Part shown: one piece after another, positions 1 through 12,899 of the stretch
How the letters are laid out: every line of letters begins with the position of its first letter
Position numbering within the stretch: the stretch's first letter is position 1
NCBI RefSeq assembly: GCF_009914755.1
Contig: NC_060939.1
Source: the human T2T-CHM13v2.0 reference genome, Homo sapiens
Length of the DNA stretch: 64,000 bases
Direction: 5' to 3' (one strand)
Program-made: the position numbers and the translations under genes
Notes under the pieces: model-generated
Databases searched by the model: none
The model's input: the letters and a program-made list of their open reading frames with translations, nothing else
Told to the model about the DNA's origin: nothing

Positions 1-682
1 TTTCTCATTCCCCCCTCAGTGAATGCCACCACCTTCATTCAGCTTCCCAAGTTGAAATCTGAGTTACCCACATCTCCTATCTCTCCCACACACCCCTGCT
101 GTTTCTATCTATCTCCTAAATCTCTCTCTTATCTGTTCACTTTTCTTAATCCCCTTTGCTTTACTCCAGGCCACCATCATCTCCTCCCTAGACTATTGTA
201 ACAAAATCTGAACTGTTTTTTTTTTTTTTTTGGTCTCGACTTCTTCCAAACTACACTCCAAGAAGCAGCCTCAGTGTTCCCTCTAAAATGCAAATCTGAG
301 GTCAAATCCCACCTGTAGGCGTGGCTGACTCCTATCTACCTTCAGGTCTCTGTTTAGAGGCCAAAGCTTCTCTAATTCTCCTTCTCCCACCCCCACACAC
401 AATTTAGTCAAGTTAGATGCTCTTACTAAGTTTTCCCACACTCCTTATCTTTCCTTACCATAACAGTCTTTACACTTCTTTGTTATAATTGTTTACCCTT
501 TCTGCTAGACTGGGAACTTTGTTTATCTGGCTCATCACTGTCTTCCCTTAACATAAGCCAGGACCAGAGACACAGGATGTACTTTATAAATATTAAATGA
601 ATGAACCAATAATTTTGTTATCCCAGCATCCAGCACAATACTTGGTGAAAACAGGTCCTCAATAATTTTTGCTGAATTAATA
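1..682 (+). mobile_element. L2 fragments (3' ends)
   Basis: Pyrimidine-rich L2-like body ending in typical aaata..tgaatgaa tails near 600 and 680. Confidence 0.6.
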
Positions 683-2789
683 GATTGTTGTTGAACTAAA
701 GATATGTGATCAACTAAGCAACATGTGACAAGCAAAATTAATATTGAGCATGCTTGTACTTAAAAAGGAGCACACATCCTTTTTAATTACGCTTAATCAG
801 AGATGGCTCCCTAGAGCAGGTGGCTTCTGAAGGAGAACGGGAGAAAATAAAAATTCTTACCTAGTGGAATGTAAAGGGCAAATATAAAAATAACAATCTC
901 TGTGCAGAAGAAAATCACTTTCTTAAGACTGGGGCAACTTCTAGTTGAAGTCTGCTGTGACTAGGAAGTGTTCTATCCTGAGATCTGCTAGTCAGGGGAC
1001 TAGCTTTCTTCTTCTCAACCTCGGACACTGGGATTCAGCCAGGGAATCAGCTGCAGAATCTCATTACTGCCAGCAGTTAAACACTGAATTGTACGTCCTT
1101 TCTAATGTTGAAAAAAAAATCCTTTTACTATAGAGAATAAGATTCCTACCAAGTTTTATATTCATAGGCTTTAATATTTCATGTAATTTTTATATCAAAA
1201 TACATTAGCATAAATTTCACAAGATATCAGTCTAGTTATTTTTGGCCTGCATTTCGATAACTTTTACAGACACACAATGGCCACTCTGTTTTCTTTGCTC
1301 TAAAGTTTCTTTGTGCACTTATTCCTTGAACATGGGCCTCATGTTCTAACTTTACTTAGATGAAAAAACTGTTAATTTCACCAGTGGTTTAATATCTCTT
1401 CATAGATTGATAGTTTAGACAACATAAAAGTGTTGATTAGCAGTATACGTGCAGGCTGAAGTATTTGTTGAAAATCTTGTTGGGAGAATAAGAATGATAA
1501 AAGAGATGCCTAAGAAAATCTTTTCTCAGATATGCTTTACTAAACAAAGAACAGGTTAATTACTCAATGATGATTTTTAAAGGGCATGTCGACAGTGTCA
1601 GTGACTTTGAAACAAAGTAAAGGAGCTGAATTCAAGTGTGTGCCTGAGTTACTTAACTATCTTGAACTGATTTAGGATCTGTAGCTTTAATCTGGGGCTC
1701 CATCTACTAGTGGTTTAATAGAGCGGGTTTTATTAAAATTGTGATTTAATCAGAAGCCAGAAATATACAACTGTTTTAAACTTTTTGATATTAACCTGAT
1801 ATACACAGTGGGCTGATAAATTAGTGAGACAGTTCATATAAGTCATATATGAAAATCAGTCTGTTATTAGCCACAACTCATGTATTTTTCAAAACTTGGA
1901 GATAAATGTAAGCTTCATCTCAGAAGTCATATTACACGTTATAGGTTTAATATAATGAAATTTTTCCAGACTTAGAAAAGATATCAGGAAATTAACATTT
2001 GCAAGGCAATTTACAGTTTTCAAAGAGCTTTTCTCATTAATTATCTCAGAAAACTGAATAATGATGTGATTATTAAAGGTTAATTAAGCAAATACTTGTG
2101 AAGTAATTGGGAGGTAATCTATTTCTAATTTAACAGGTCAATCACGGGTATTTAGGAAATATTTTTGCTGGTTAACAAGTCTAACCAAAACAAAAAGGTA
2201 TTTAAATGGTTTCCCTAGTGAAAAACCATAAGCATGTGTTTCCTCTATTAAGTCAATTGTTTCAAAGAACTAGCATGAGAATTCCTAATTTCACCGTTTT
2301 GATGATTTAAGGTTTTATGAAGATTCTGAGCTCTTCCCTCCCGACGTTAATCCATGTCTTACATTGTTCATTTTGGCGCTTTAGAATAAAATATCTTTGG
2401 AAAGTAACTATGAGAAAGCACAGAGGGATATGTTAGTGAAATAGCCATTTTCTTGTGGGAAGCAAGACATTTCGGTTATCGACTACACAGAAGAGTGAAT
2501 AAAACCCAACGCCTATCAACCAAACGTGACTCTGCTTGCATAATCATACAAATAAATTTTCTTTAAAAATTTTTCATGGGTGCAGTATATAAAATGATCA
2601 ATAGTCTCATCAGCAGTGGAACTACAAACTGCTTTCTCCTAACTTTGTGTAGCCTGGGTGCTGCCTCACGATTACTAAGTGGTTTAAAATCATATCCCAC
2701 TTGCTCCTTGGTTTATCAGCGAAAGACGTGATTCCCAGGTAGGAAAACGCCAAGTGTCCCGCAAAGGTACAGGTAAAACGTAGCAGTTA

Positions 2790-4720
2790 CTGCGAGAAGA
2801 CTGGCCCCGGGGAGTCCCAGGGCTCGGTCGGGGCCCCCGCACGAGCTGAGGAAGTGGACAGCGGGCACCTTTGTCTGTGCCTAGTTCCCTGGACCCGGGC
2901 CGAGCGATGCGGGTGGGGGCGCGGTTCGGGCGGGTCCCGGCGCTGCCCGGGGGAAGCGCGCGGCGACGGCGGCCCGGCTTGGGAGCCGGAGGTCAGCGGC
3001 TGCGCGGCCGGCCCCCTCCCACGGGAGCCGCGCCAGGGCCCAGCAAGAGTCGGGCGGGATCGCTATTGTTTTTGGCGAGCACATAAATCCCCGGGCCGAC
3101 CCACTGCGCACCCAGGTTTCCTCCCGGAGGCCTTTGGGTTTCCTCTGAGGCCCTATATAGAGGCTCCAGGCCCGGACTGTGCAGAGGTGCGCGCCCACGC
3201 CGGCCTCCCGGACCAGCCTGAGCTCGGAGCGCCTCTCGCCCTCAGGTCTCTGCAGCCAGAGGCATCTGGGGAGGTGAGGGGGGAATTTGTCCCCGAGGCG
3301 AGGAGGAGGAGGCGGGGGCGCGCGGAGCCGAGGGGCTGCGGCGAGCGGGCGGGAGGAGCAGGAGGATCCGCTTCTCCGGGGTTTCCCTGACGCCAGCAGC
3401 AGCGCCCGGCGCGCGCGCCCCGCACCCGTCAGCGGCTCCGGGGAGAAGGGGGAGGGGAGCGGGCCCGCCACGGCCCGAGAGGCGGCAGCCGGGATTGGAG
3501 CGGGGGCGGGCCGCGCGCGGAGCCGAGGGGGTGCGGGCGAGGCGCGCGCGTGCGCGTGTGCGCGCCCGGGACTCCCGCCCCCCGCCCCCGCCCCCGCCGT
3601 CCGCGGTCTCCGCCCCCCTCGCGCTGGTGTGTGGAGCCGGAGTCGGCGGCGGGTGGCGGCGCCTGGAACCTGGAGACCGACCCACCGCCCCCCCCCCCCC
3701 CCCGCCCCGGAATGTACTGACTCCCCTTCTTCGCTCTCCTCCCCTCCCCGCCCCCTTGCAGGAGGGAGGCGCCCTGGAGTCTCCCCTCCAGCGAGAGGGG
3801 CTGCGCGGGCCGGGCCGGGCCGGGCTGGGCTGGAGCAGCGGCGGCCGCGGGAGCCGAGCTTGCAGCGAGGGACCGGCTGAGGCGCGCGGGAGGGAAGGAG
3901 GCAAGGGCTCCGCGGCGCTGTCGCCGCCGCTGCCGCTCACTCTCGGGGAAGAGATGGCGGCGGAGCGGGGAGCCCGGCGACTCCTCAGCACCCCCTCCTT
4001 CTGGCTCTACTGCCTGCTGCTGCTCGGGCGCCGGGCGCCGGGCGCCGCGGCCGCCAGGAGCGGCTCCGCGCCGCAGTCCCCAGGTAAGCGGCGGGCGCGG
4101 GCCCGGGGGTTCGCGGGGGCGCGGCACCGGCTCAGGCGGCCGCGGCTGCGGTGTTTTTGTTTAGGATCCAGGAGGAAACGTGCAGGAACTTCTCTGCCTC
4201 GGCTCCGGTTGCCGAAGAGAAAGGGGATCGCGCGTGGTGGGGAGGAGAAGGGCGAGAGGGGGCGCCACCGGGGAAGGGGCGGCTGCCGGGGGGCAGGTCG
4301 GGGGCGCAGGGGTCTAGTTCCCAGCTTTGTACCTGGAGGCAGGTTCACCCCTCGCCTCTCTCCCCTCCCCCAGGCTCATCCCACTTGTAAGAGTGGGACA
4401 TTCTTGTGCTCACACTAGCACCAGTAGAGGCCACTACACACCTCATTAAATAAACAATCAGACGGCCAATTCATTAATTTTCAGGAAAGGAAAGGGGAGG
4501 GGGCTTGAGCTCCTGGTTCCCTGGCCAGGGATTTCCCAGCTTCCGAAGTCTCGAGGAAGAGCTGGCTAGTCTCGAGGGACTCCTCGCGCGGGGATTGGAG
4601 CCCGAGTCTGCGGAAGAGCGGGGGTGTCAGAGGGGCACAATTGCCCGCTCACAACCCCTGGTGTTGATTTAACGATGAGGACGCCTTGGAGAGCGGCTCG
4701 GAGTGATCGTATCTGTTAGT
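2790..4720. promoter_or_regulatory. CpG island / NEO1 promoter, 5'UTR and exon 1
   Basis: Abrupt switch to very high GC and CpG density, multiple GC boxes (CCCGCCCC), flanked by AT-rich CpG-poor DNA. Confidence 0.95.
3954..4083 (+). CDS. NEO1: Neogenin 1, coding exon 1 (signal peptide; 43 codons + 1 nt, phase-1 intron follows)
   Basis: Translation MAAERGARRLLSTPSFWLYCLLLLGRRAPGAAAARSGSAPQSP(G) matches the recalled human neogenin N-terminus; Kozak context GAGATGG; consensus donor CAG|GTAAGC at 4083/4084; lies in a CpG island. Confidence 0.96.
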
Positions 4721-5689
4721 GTTTCCGTTATGAAATGCCTCTTCTTTCCTGGGGATTACAACTATATTTACAGCCTATTAACCACTCTTAACCAAGGGAA
4801 TTGTCTAAGCATCAGATTTTAGGTACTTGTACAATGTTTTCAGATGGCATTGTATAAACATTGAACCTCAAAAGCCATTTTCAGTTCTTTTTTGGAATAT
4901 TATAGATTACTGAAACCACCTGCATTCCTATTAAGGGGACCAACGAACAAAAATGCCAAGCCTTCCGGGAAGGACCTTACGGTATTGTTGAGCAGGATAC
5001 ACTCAGCAGTTGAAAGGCAAATTAGCATGTAATCTGTTAAAATTATTTGACCAAGGTGGTGTACCATAAAACTTGACAAAACTTTCACTCGTGTGAGATA
5101 TGATATTTTTACATTTGAAAGCAGTCTTACCGCTGAACCAGTACTTGTTTTTCCCTGATTTATATGAAATAATATTTAAAATCACACTGCAAGGTAACTT
5201 GACTGATAAACTTTTCATTTCCTTGCAGAGTGTGTATGTAGCTCATGGCTTTTGCCAATGTTAAAGAACAGCTTTAAACGTAAAGTACCACTCGGTATTC
5301 TCTAAACAGCTACGTAAACAATAGTGTTTTAATGTCAAATTAAACATCACTTATGTCATGATGTACCCTTATACATTCAGTCCGTATATGGTTTAGAACA
5401 CATTTTGGTGCTGAAATGCAGGTTACTGATCCAACTGTCTCTTAGATGAGCAAGAGAAATATAACTATTTTGGAAAACAAGTTCGTGTTACTCATGATCT
5501 ATTTTATATGGAAATTCATGTGTAGTTCACCAAATTTCAAGTTTTTGTTTAAAGTTTTGCCGATAATTTTGTAAGTAACTAAAATGCTAGTAATTTTATT
5601 ACTTAGGATAATAAAAATAATGCAAGCAGTCTCAGGAAGTGGTCTTAACATCTGTTTCAACATTAACTCAATTGACAGGTTTTTATTTT

Positions 5690-5930
5690 GCACAGATGAG
5701 GTGCAAGGCATATGCTCTCTGCCTTCATGGAGTTTACAGTCTGGTGTGTGGGTAGGAAAGATAGCCATCCATCTACTGATTATATAATTAAGTAATTGTG
5801 ATAAGCACTACAAAGGAGAATAGGTTTTCACAAAGTGGGTACTGGAGTGACATAACCTAGTCTGGGTGTTAAGAGTGTCTCACAAGAACTGAGATCTGAG
5901 GAGTGGGTAGGAGTGGAGGTGGGGAGGCTC
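5690..5930 (-). mobile_element. L2 fragment
   Basis: ctctgccttcatggagtttacagtct...ctgagatctga is typical antisense L2 3' sequence. Confidence 0.55.
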
Positions 5931-6719
5931 ACAGGTAATTAGTCGTTTAATTGGGTCTAGAACATAGATCTCCTGATTCTCGGTCCAGAGTCCTTCCTGT
6001 AAACCGCTCTGCTTCATTACAAAAGCGAGAGGAATAACTGCAATAAGGAGGGGTTGGTCAGTTCTGCCATAAAACTGCGGAAGAGATCAAGAGACTGGAG
6101 AACTGAGTAAGCAGCAACTGGAACAAGCTGTCCGCAAATCAGATGTCCTTTGTCAGTAGTTTTATTTTTTTTATTTTTGTAGAGTGATAGACTTATAAAT
6201 CTTTTTATAGGGGATTATAGTGAATAGATTGTAGGGAAGTGGACATGTTCAGTAGTAGAAGGTGGAGAAAAATAGAGATGTGGGACAATAGGATAAATGG
6301 AAAGTGTTTTTCCATCTGAGGTTATAGACATACGGAGGTGGAGGAAAAAGTAAGAAGTAAAGGACTGGTGATAGAAAATGGTCAGCAAGGGAGGAGGGTT
6401 GGAATTGAGTAGGAACATAATCTGGTATTCTGAAAAAGGGCAGATTACTGAAAAGATATGTAGAGACCTTGGGGAAGATGACATGGCAGCAGCCTGTGCA
6501 ATGCATGTCTTCTCTATTTAGAGTGAACATTCTTCACCGAGGACTCTGTAGCTTCTGCCTGAACCATTTATTTCATGATGTGATTCATTGCCTTACAGGG
6601 TAGTCCATTTCTGTGTTGAATAACTTCTGTTAGAAAATGTTGCTTTGTACAGTACATTTCACTGTAGTTTTCACCCTCCCCACCCTTCTTACATTTTTTC
6701 CTCTTTGCTTACCTTTTTC

Positions 6720-7832
6720 AGCATTACTCTATCTTCAGGTTAATCTCTTCTCTGATTAATTCTTCATTTGTCTTTCTGGCTTTTCTTGAACTCACTCACT
6801 TAAATATTAGTATCTAAAGCTTATCTCATTATACATACTCTGTTTGCCCTCAGTTGCCACCTGTAAGCTAAGGACTCTCTTAGTCCACACTTTCTCACTT
6901 GCCACTCGGTACCTTCACTAAATAGGATCTTAGGTTACTGAAGTCCGAAGTTAAACTCTGTGTCATTTTCCCTCGTGCTTCCTTCATCCCCATTCTCTAA
7001 ACATGAACAAACCAGTTCCTGGCCCCTGTGTCTCATGTTGTTGGAAGGATTGCATGGATTTGTCTTCTTGTGTTGCCTGTCTTGGTCATCACTGTTCATC
7101 CACTTGCCCAAGCTGAGATCAAGAAGACCTCCTCTTCCCATTGCCATAGCGGATAGTTCTTTTTGCTTTTTACCTCTCAGCTGTTTCTTGACTCTGAATC
7201 GGTATCTTTTCATCTTCATCCCCACCTGGACTAACAGTAGTGGCTCCATAATTAATCTCTTTGTCTGTACTGTTACCCTCTAGAAGTCTGTCCTGCTAGA
7301 ATGAGCTTCCTGAAATATTTTCCTGAGCATGCCACTCTCCTACTTAAAATCTGTTACTAGTGTTCTGTAGCTTGGGTGTTAGAACTCTTTGGCATGGAGA
7401 TTGTGAGGCCCTTTGTATTCTTTACCTCTGTTCTCCCAAACCCAATAAAGCCTCATCTCTTGTCACCCCTAACATGCACCTTGCATTCCACCACTCCAGA
7501 TTAACGACACAGCTTCAGATCTCCGTGCCTTTGCACATGCTGTTCTTTCTGTTAAGTCACTTCTCACCTTGTCCACTTCTGAAACTCCTTATCTAGTCAA
7601 TGAATTTTTCTCTACCAGCTTTCTCTTCCAAAGAGAGTTATGGTCACTATTCTGTGTTCCCATAGCTTCCTGAGTACTTTTCATCTTCTGTTACTTATTT
7701 TCTTGTCTTTTCTGCTAGTCTCAACCTCTGAAGGGGTTGGCCGGGTTGTCTTATTCACCTTTGTTTCCCTAGTGTAGCACTAACATGTAGCATAGAGAAG
7801 ATAACCAGTAAATGTTTGTTGACTGAATGTTG
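6720..7832 (+). mobile_element. L2, flanked by CR1/L3-like remnants (~6580-6680 and ~7860-8070)
   Basis: L2 motifs gcctttgcacatgctgtt and 3' tail taaatgtttgttgactgaatg; flanks resemble antisense CR1/L3. Confidence 0.6.
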
Positions 7833-9129
7833 AATTGCCTTTGTTTTTAACCCGTAGGGCCATACAGCACAAATCTGATTCCTTTATATGATGGCCCTTC
7901 ATGTGTCTAATCACATTTCCTGTGTGCATGTGTGTGTGGGCCCCCCCTGCCCTTCCCCTCAAACCTTATCCTTTTTAAGTTAACCATCCTTAATTCCTTC
8001 AGCCACTCTTCACATTACTTAGTTTCCAGATCTTTTGTGATCTTGGTCATCCTCCTGGATATGCTGTAGTTTTAGCGTTTTTTTAGTTTTGTCATCTTTG
8101 GAAAGATCTTTGATCTTACTGAGTCATCTAAAAGAAAAGACTGATGGCGTTGCTCTGCCTGTCTGTTAGAATGAGGCACAAAAGAGATCATAGAATTCTG
8201 GGATGAATGCTCAAAGAAGATAAGAAATATGACTGATTTTCATAAACTGTATGAAAATTAATACATGATGTGAGATAGTGAAAAGACATACATGAAGGCA
8301 GAGGATATGGGGTATGACTTGTGGTTCTGCAACTTCACATACATCTGTAAGTTGGGGGATATAGGCAGGCAAGAATAATACCTTACCTACCTAACTGGAT
8401 TGTCAGAAAAATAAAATGTAAAATTGTTCATAAACTATAAAGTACTGTACCTATGTAGAATGGCTTCAGTGTTTCTTTGTGAACTCTAAAAATATACTAT
8501 ATTAAATTATTTGAAAGTGTAGACTTTTTTTTCTTTTGGCTTAATTGATCATTGCTGGTTTCTTCCTTACGAGTTTTTCTCTACCTCAATGAAAATATTG
8601 GGGTAACCTTAATAAATCTCATTATATGGAGGCTGTATTTAATAGTCTTTTTTCCAAACACTTTATTTTATTAGTGACTTCCATGTGATTGGGAGCTATT
8701 TACCATATCATTGGTAAGTGTTTAGGTTTCTGGGTAAAATTGCATCAATAATTGGAGAACAGTCAGAGGAAATGACTGTAGGTAAGATCATATTGACCGG
8801 AGAGCTAAGTGAAGTGAGGAGAAGTTTTGTGTTTACGATTTTGAAAAATTAACTTTGTCATGGACATAGCTAGTGAAAGATGATTTTAAAATAGAGCTCA
8901 AATTTTGGATTCATTTAGAATGAAGAGAGTTTTTTTGATTCAAAAATTTTGTAAATAGTGACAAAAAAAGGCATTCAGACCCACTGGTATGATTTTGGTA
9001 TATTTCTTTCTACTTACTGCCTATATGGCACATTATCTTTTTACATTGTAATCATGGTGTATGTATAACTTGAAATGTTTTCCTTTGACATTATACCATT
9101 TTTCTTTGTTGTCACATTATCTTTAAATC

Positions 9130-9860
9130 ATTTTATTTTAAAAACTTATTTAAAAATACATAAATATATGTTTGTTTGCAGTCAAACAATATAAAAATAC
9201 ATAGAATAAAAGATTTTATCACTTCTACCCACAAATTCCATTTTTGAAACCCATAAGTAACCCCTTTTAATATCTTCCCTTGCATGTGCATATGTGTGTA
9301 TGGTTTTATTTTTTTACAGATAAGCAGGATCATACTACCTATTGTTTTTTCAACTTGCTTTTTCACTTAGTATGTTGGAGATCGTTCCATGCCAGTACAT
9401 ACAGATTTTCCTATAACCATTATTTAAAATGTGTGTGTAATATTCCAGGGAGCAAATATAATAATAGTGGCTAATTAAAGTAGTAGTTACAGAACACTCC
9501 CTGACTTCCAGGCATTGTGCCATGCTCTTTCACATGTATTTAATCTTTTATACAGTCCTGTGAGGAAGATGACAATTTCTTCACATTCCACAGATGAGGA
9601 AACTGAGTCTCAGATATTAAGTGCCTTGCCGAAGGTCTCACAACCTTTCATGTGCAAGAGTTGGCATTGGAATCCAGGTTTTTGCAACTTCAAAGCCTAT
9701 GTTCTTTATTCCTCTGCATTCTGCTGCTAATTGTGTATTCTCCTGTTATGGATATGGAAGTTGTTTTTACTGTTTTGCTGTGATAAAGAATGCTGTGATG
9801 AACATATTCTTTCTATATTTTGGATTCCCCCATATAGGATTGCTGGTGAAAAGTTAACTT
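9130..9860 (-). mobile_element. Old L1M 3' fragment interrupted by a MIR (~9460-9730)
   Basis: L1ME-like caacttgcttttttcacttag and aatgctgtgatgaacat; MIR core acagatgaggaaactgag. Confidence 0.65.
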
Positions 9861-11488
9861 GTGTGTGTATGTGGGGGTCAGGGTTCCATTTATTGCAGAA
9901 AAGTAATGATGTCATTAAGAATAATTCCATTGACTAATACTTTCATAACTTTTTGAAGGTTTTACCACTTTTAATTGTGAACTTTGGGTACTTAAGGCCA
10001 TGTTTTAAAATGCAAGTTCATCTGTTAACTGAAAGGTTAAGCTAATTAATAAGTAATTTCAAAGGTCCCTTCTGCCTTCCAGGTTTCTCTTACTCTGAAG
10101 TCCATAAAATGGAACAGTGGGTTTATTTCAGCTTAATAACTTCTATTCAGTTATTGTGTTCCAACACTGGTCATTTCTGGTTTTCAGATGCAAAAGTCAC
10201 CTTTTTTTCATTCGCTAAAGCTCAGGTTATTGTATATCTTTTTTTTGTAGTGCAAAGTAGGATATGATTGGAAAATCGTCTATGTTACTTGCAAATGATT
10301 GTATATGATTTTATTTTATATGTGTAAAAATAGCTTTAGGGCTGAGTTATATGGCTTCAGTGTTAAGTAATTGTGAGGTATTTTAAGATACAGTATTACC
10401 AGAAATATTAGATGCTTACTCTTAGGCTTGGAAGGGATGTAGAGTAAATTGACCAGGTTACAGAGCTGGCTTATGTAAACAGGTTTTGATTCCCTGTCTG
10501 ACCCCTTTACATAAAGAAAAGGCAGAGAGGTATGGTGGTTATATATGTTTTATTTTACTGAATGAAGTCAGTTCTTCAGTTCTGAGGAGTTAGCAGGTTG
10601 GTGGTCTGAAGTGCAGATTACGTGTCTCTGCTTTTCCTTTTTTAAAGAACCATTAGAAATAACCTTCTTTAAAATTATTTCATAGCGAGAATCCTTACAT
10701 TTAACTTTTTATTAAGTCAGTTCTATAGGCAAAGCTAGGAGTTGCAGTAATTTTGGCTGGTTGCAAACGTTTATCTTTGAGGGCTAATTATGCACAAAAC
10801 TACACTGTGGAAATAAAGATGAATTGGACGTGCTTTCTGTCCTCAGGAAGCATTTGGTCTAATGGTGGAGGTAAGGGAGATATTAGGTAACTTGATTTGG
10901 CGAGAGAAAGTGCCATTACTGCTGTAGGTAGAAAAATACATTCTGGAATCATTGTGTTACTGTTGATCAAGGAGTAGTGCTGCTTTCCCTCATAATTTTG
11001 GTTCTGTATCTTTAGAGTAGTCCTAACTTAGTTTTATAAAGCCAGTAGACTAGAATTCTCAAGAAGGAGTTATATATCATTTCCTCTGATTACTGCAGTG
11101 TTTGAATGTATGAGAATGCTCATAATTGAGCTGTCTGGGGGTACAGCTACTCCCATGTTTTTTGGAAATCTGGAGATTGATCATACTGATTTTCAGAATT
11201 GATTATTGGTCATTAATAGTACAACTTACTAAGAAGTCCTGAGCAGAGTGAATTTTTGTAATGATACTATGTGGAAATTGAAAACAGAATGTTTCTGTTT
11301 TTCTGCTGTAGTGGTAAAAAAAAAAATCACCAAAATATGTCTTTATTTATGAGGTCTAGTTAAGATAATAGCATTATAATTTACAAATTTAGGGATAGAA
11401 TAACAAATTATAAGTTTCATTCATAATTTTTTAATTCACAGCATAGCTTTAAATGTAACAAGTAAAATTTGAAAATCTTTTTGGTTAA

Positions 11489-11848
<360 letters not shown>

Positions 11849-11919
11849 AACTAGTTGTTTTAAATTTATAGAGTGTTGTATATTCAAGGGATTGTGTGCA
11901 GAAATTCTTGTGGTGATAA

Positions 11920-12224
<305 letters not shown>

Positions 12225-12899
12225 TAACCTGTTTATTAATCGTACCTCACCTACATAGGACTCAACCATTATGCAACCTACCTCCGGAATATAACTGAAG
12301 ACTGGGGAATAAGAGAAATAATTTTCAAAGTAAATGCATTTCTCCGAGTCCCAAAGGACTTTGTTCAGAGCCTATCTTTAATTCATAGGCAGTTCTAACA
12401 AACAGTATAATCTAATTTCTGAGCCCATAGCTGATCAGAAGTGGGTAGAAAGACTATCTTGGGAAATGCCCCCTGCAGCAGAAGGTAGTGACAGTTGCAA
12501 GGAAAGATACTTAAAATAAGCGTAAGAACACAGAGATATCTTCCCATAAACGGAAGTTACTGTCTCAGCCAAGTTGAGGAAAATTTCTTTCCCTTTCCAT
12601 TACTGCTAATGGATATTGCCTACCCCTGGCCTTTCCTTTTATCCCCTCCTACTGTAGATACAGTTGCTGTCTGGGAGATAGATCTTCCCTCAGAAATCTC
12701 TTGAGTCTTAATCTCTCCTCAAATTAGTAAGGGTTCAGGTTGATGCCTGAGGTAGGAAGAAAGGAAGTGTGACCAGGAGGGGAGGTGAGGTGGCAGGGTA
12801 TGGTTCCTACCCCTCTGGCCATGACATTTATCTTTATTAACAGCGTTACTAAACCTGATTGCTAAAATATGTATGTGGATTTTTAATTTGGGGGTAAAG

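Noticed and set aside
2854-4418. Many long overlapping ORFs (up to 307 aa) on both strands
   Set aside because: Low-complexity Arg/Pro/Gly/Ala translations, many from non-ATG starts, as expected in a stop-poor CpG island; only 3954-4083 matches a known protein
5195-5300. Strong acceptor TTTTCATTTCCTTGCAG near 5228
   Set aside because: No convincing donor at exon-like distance
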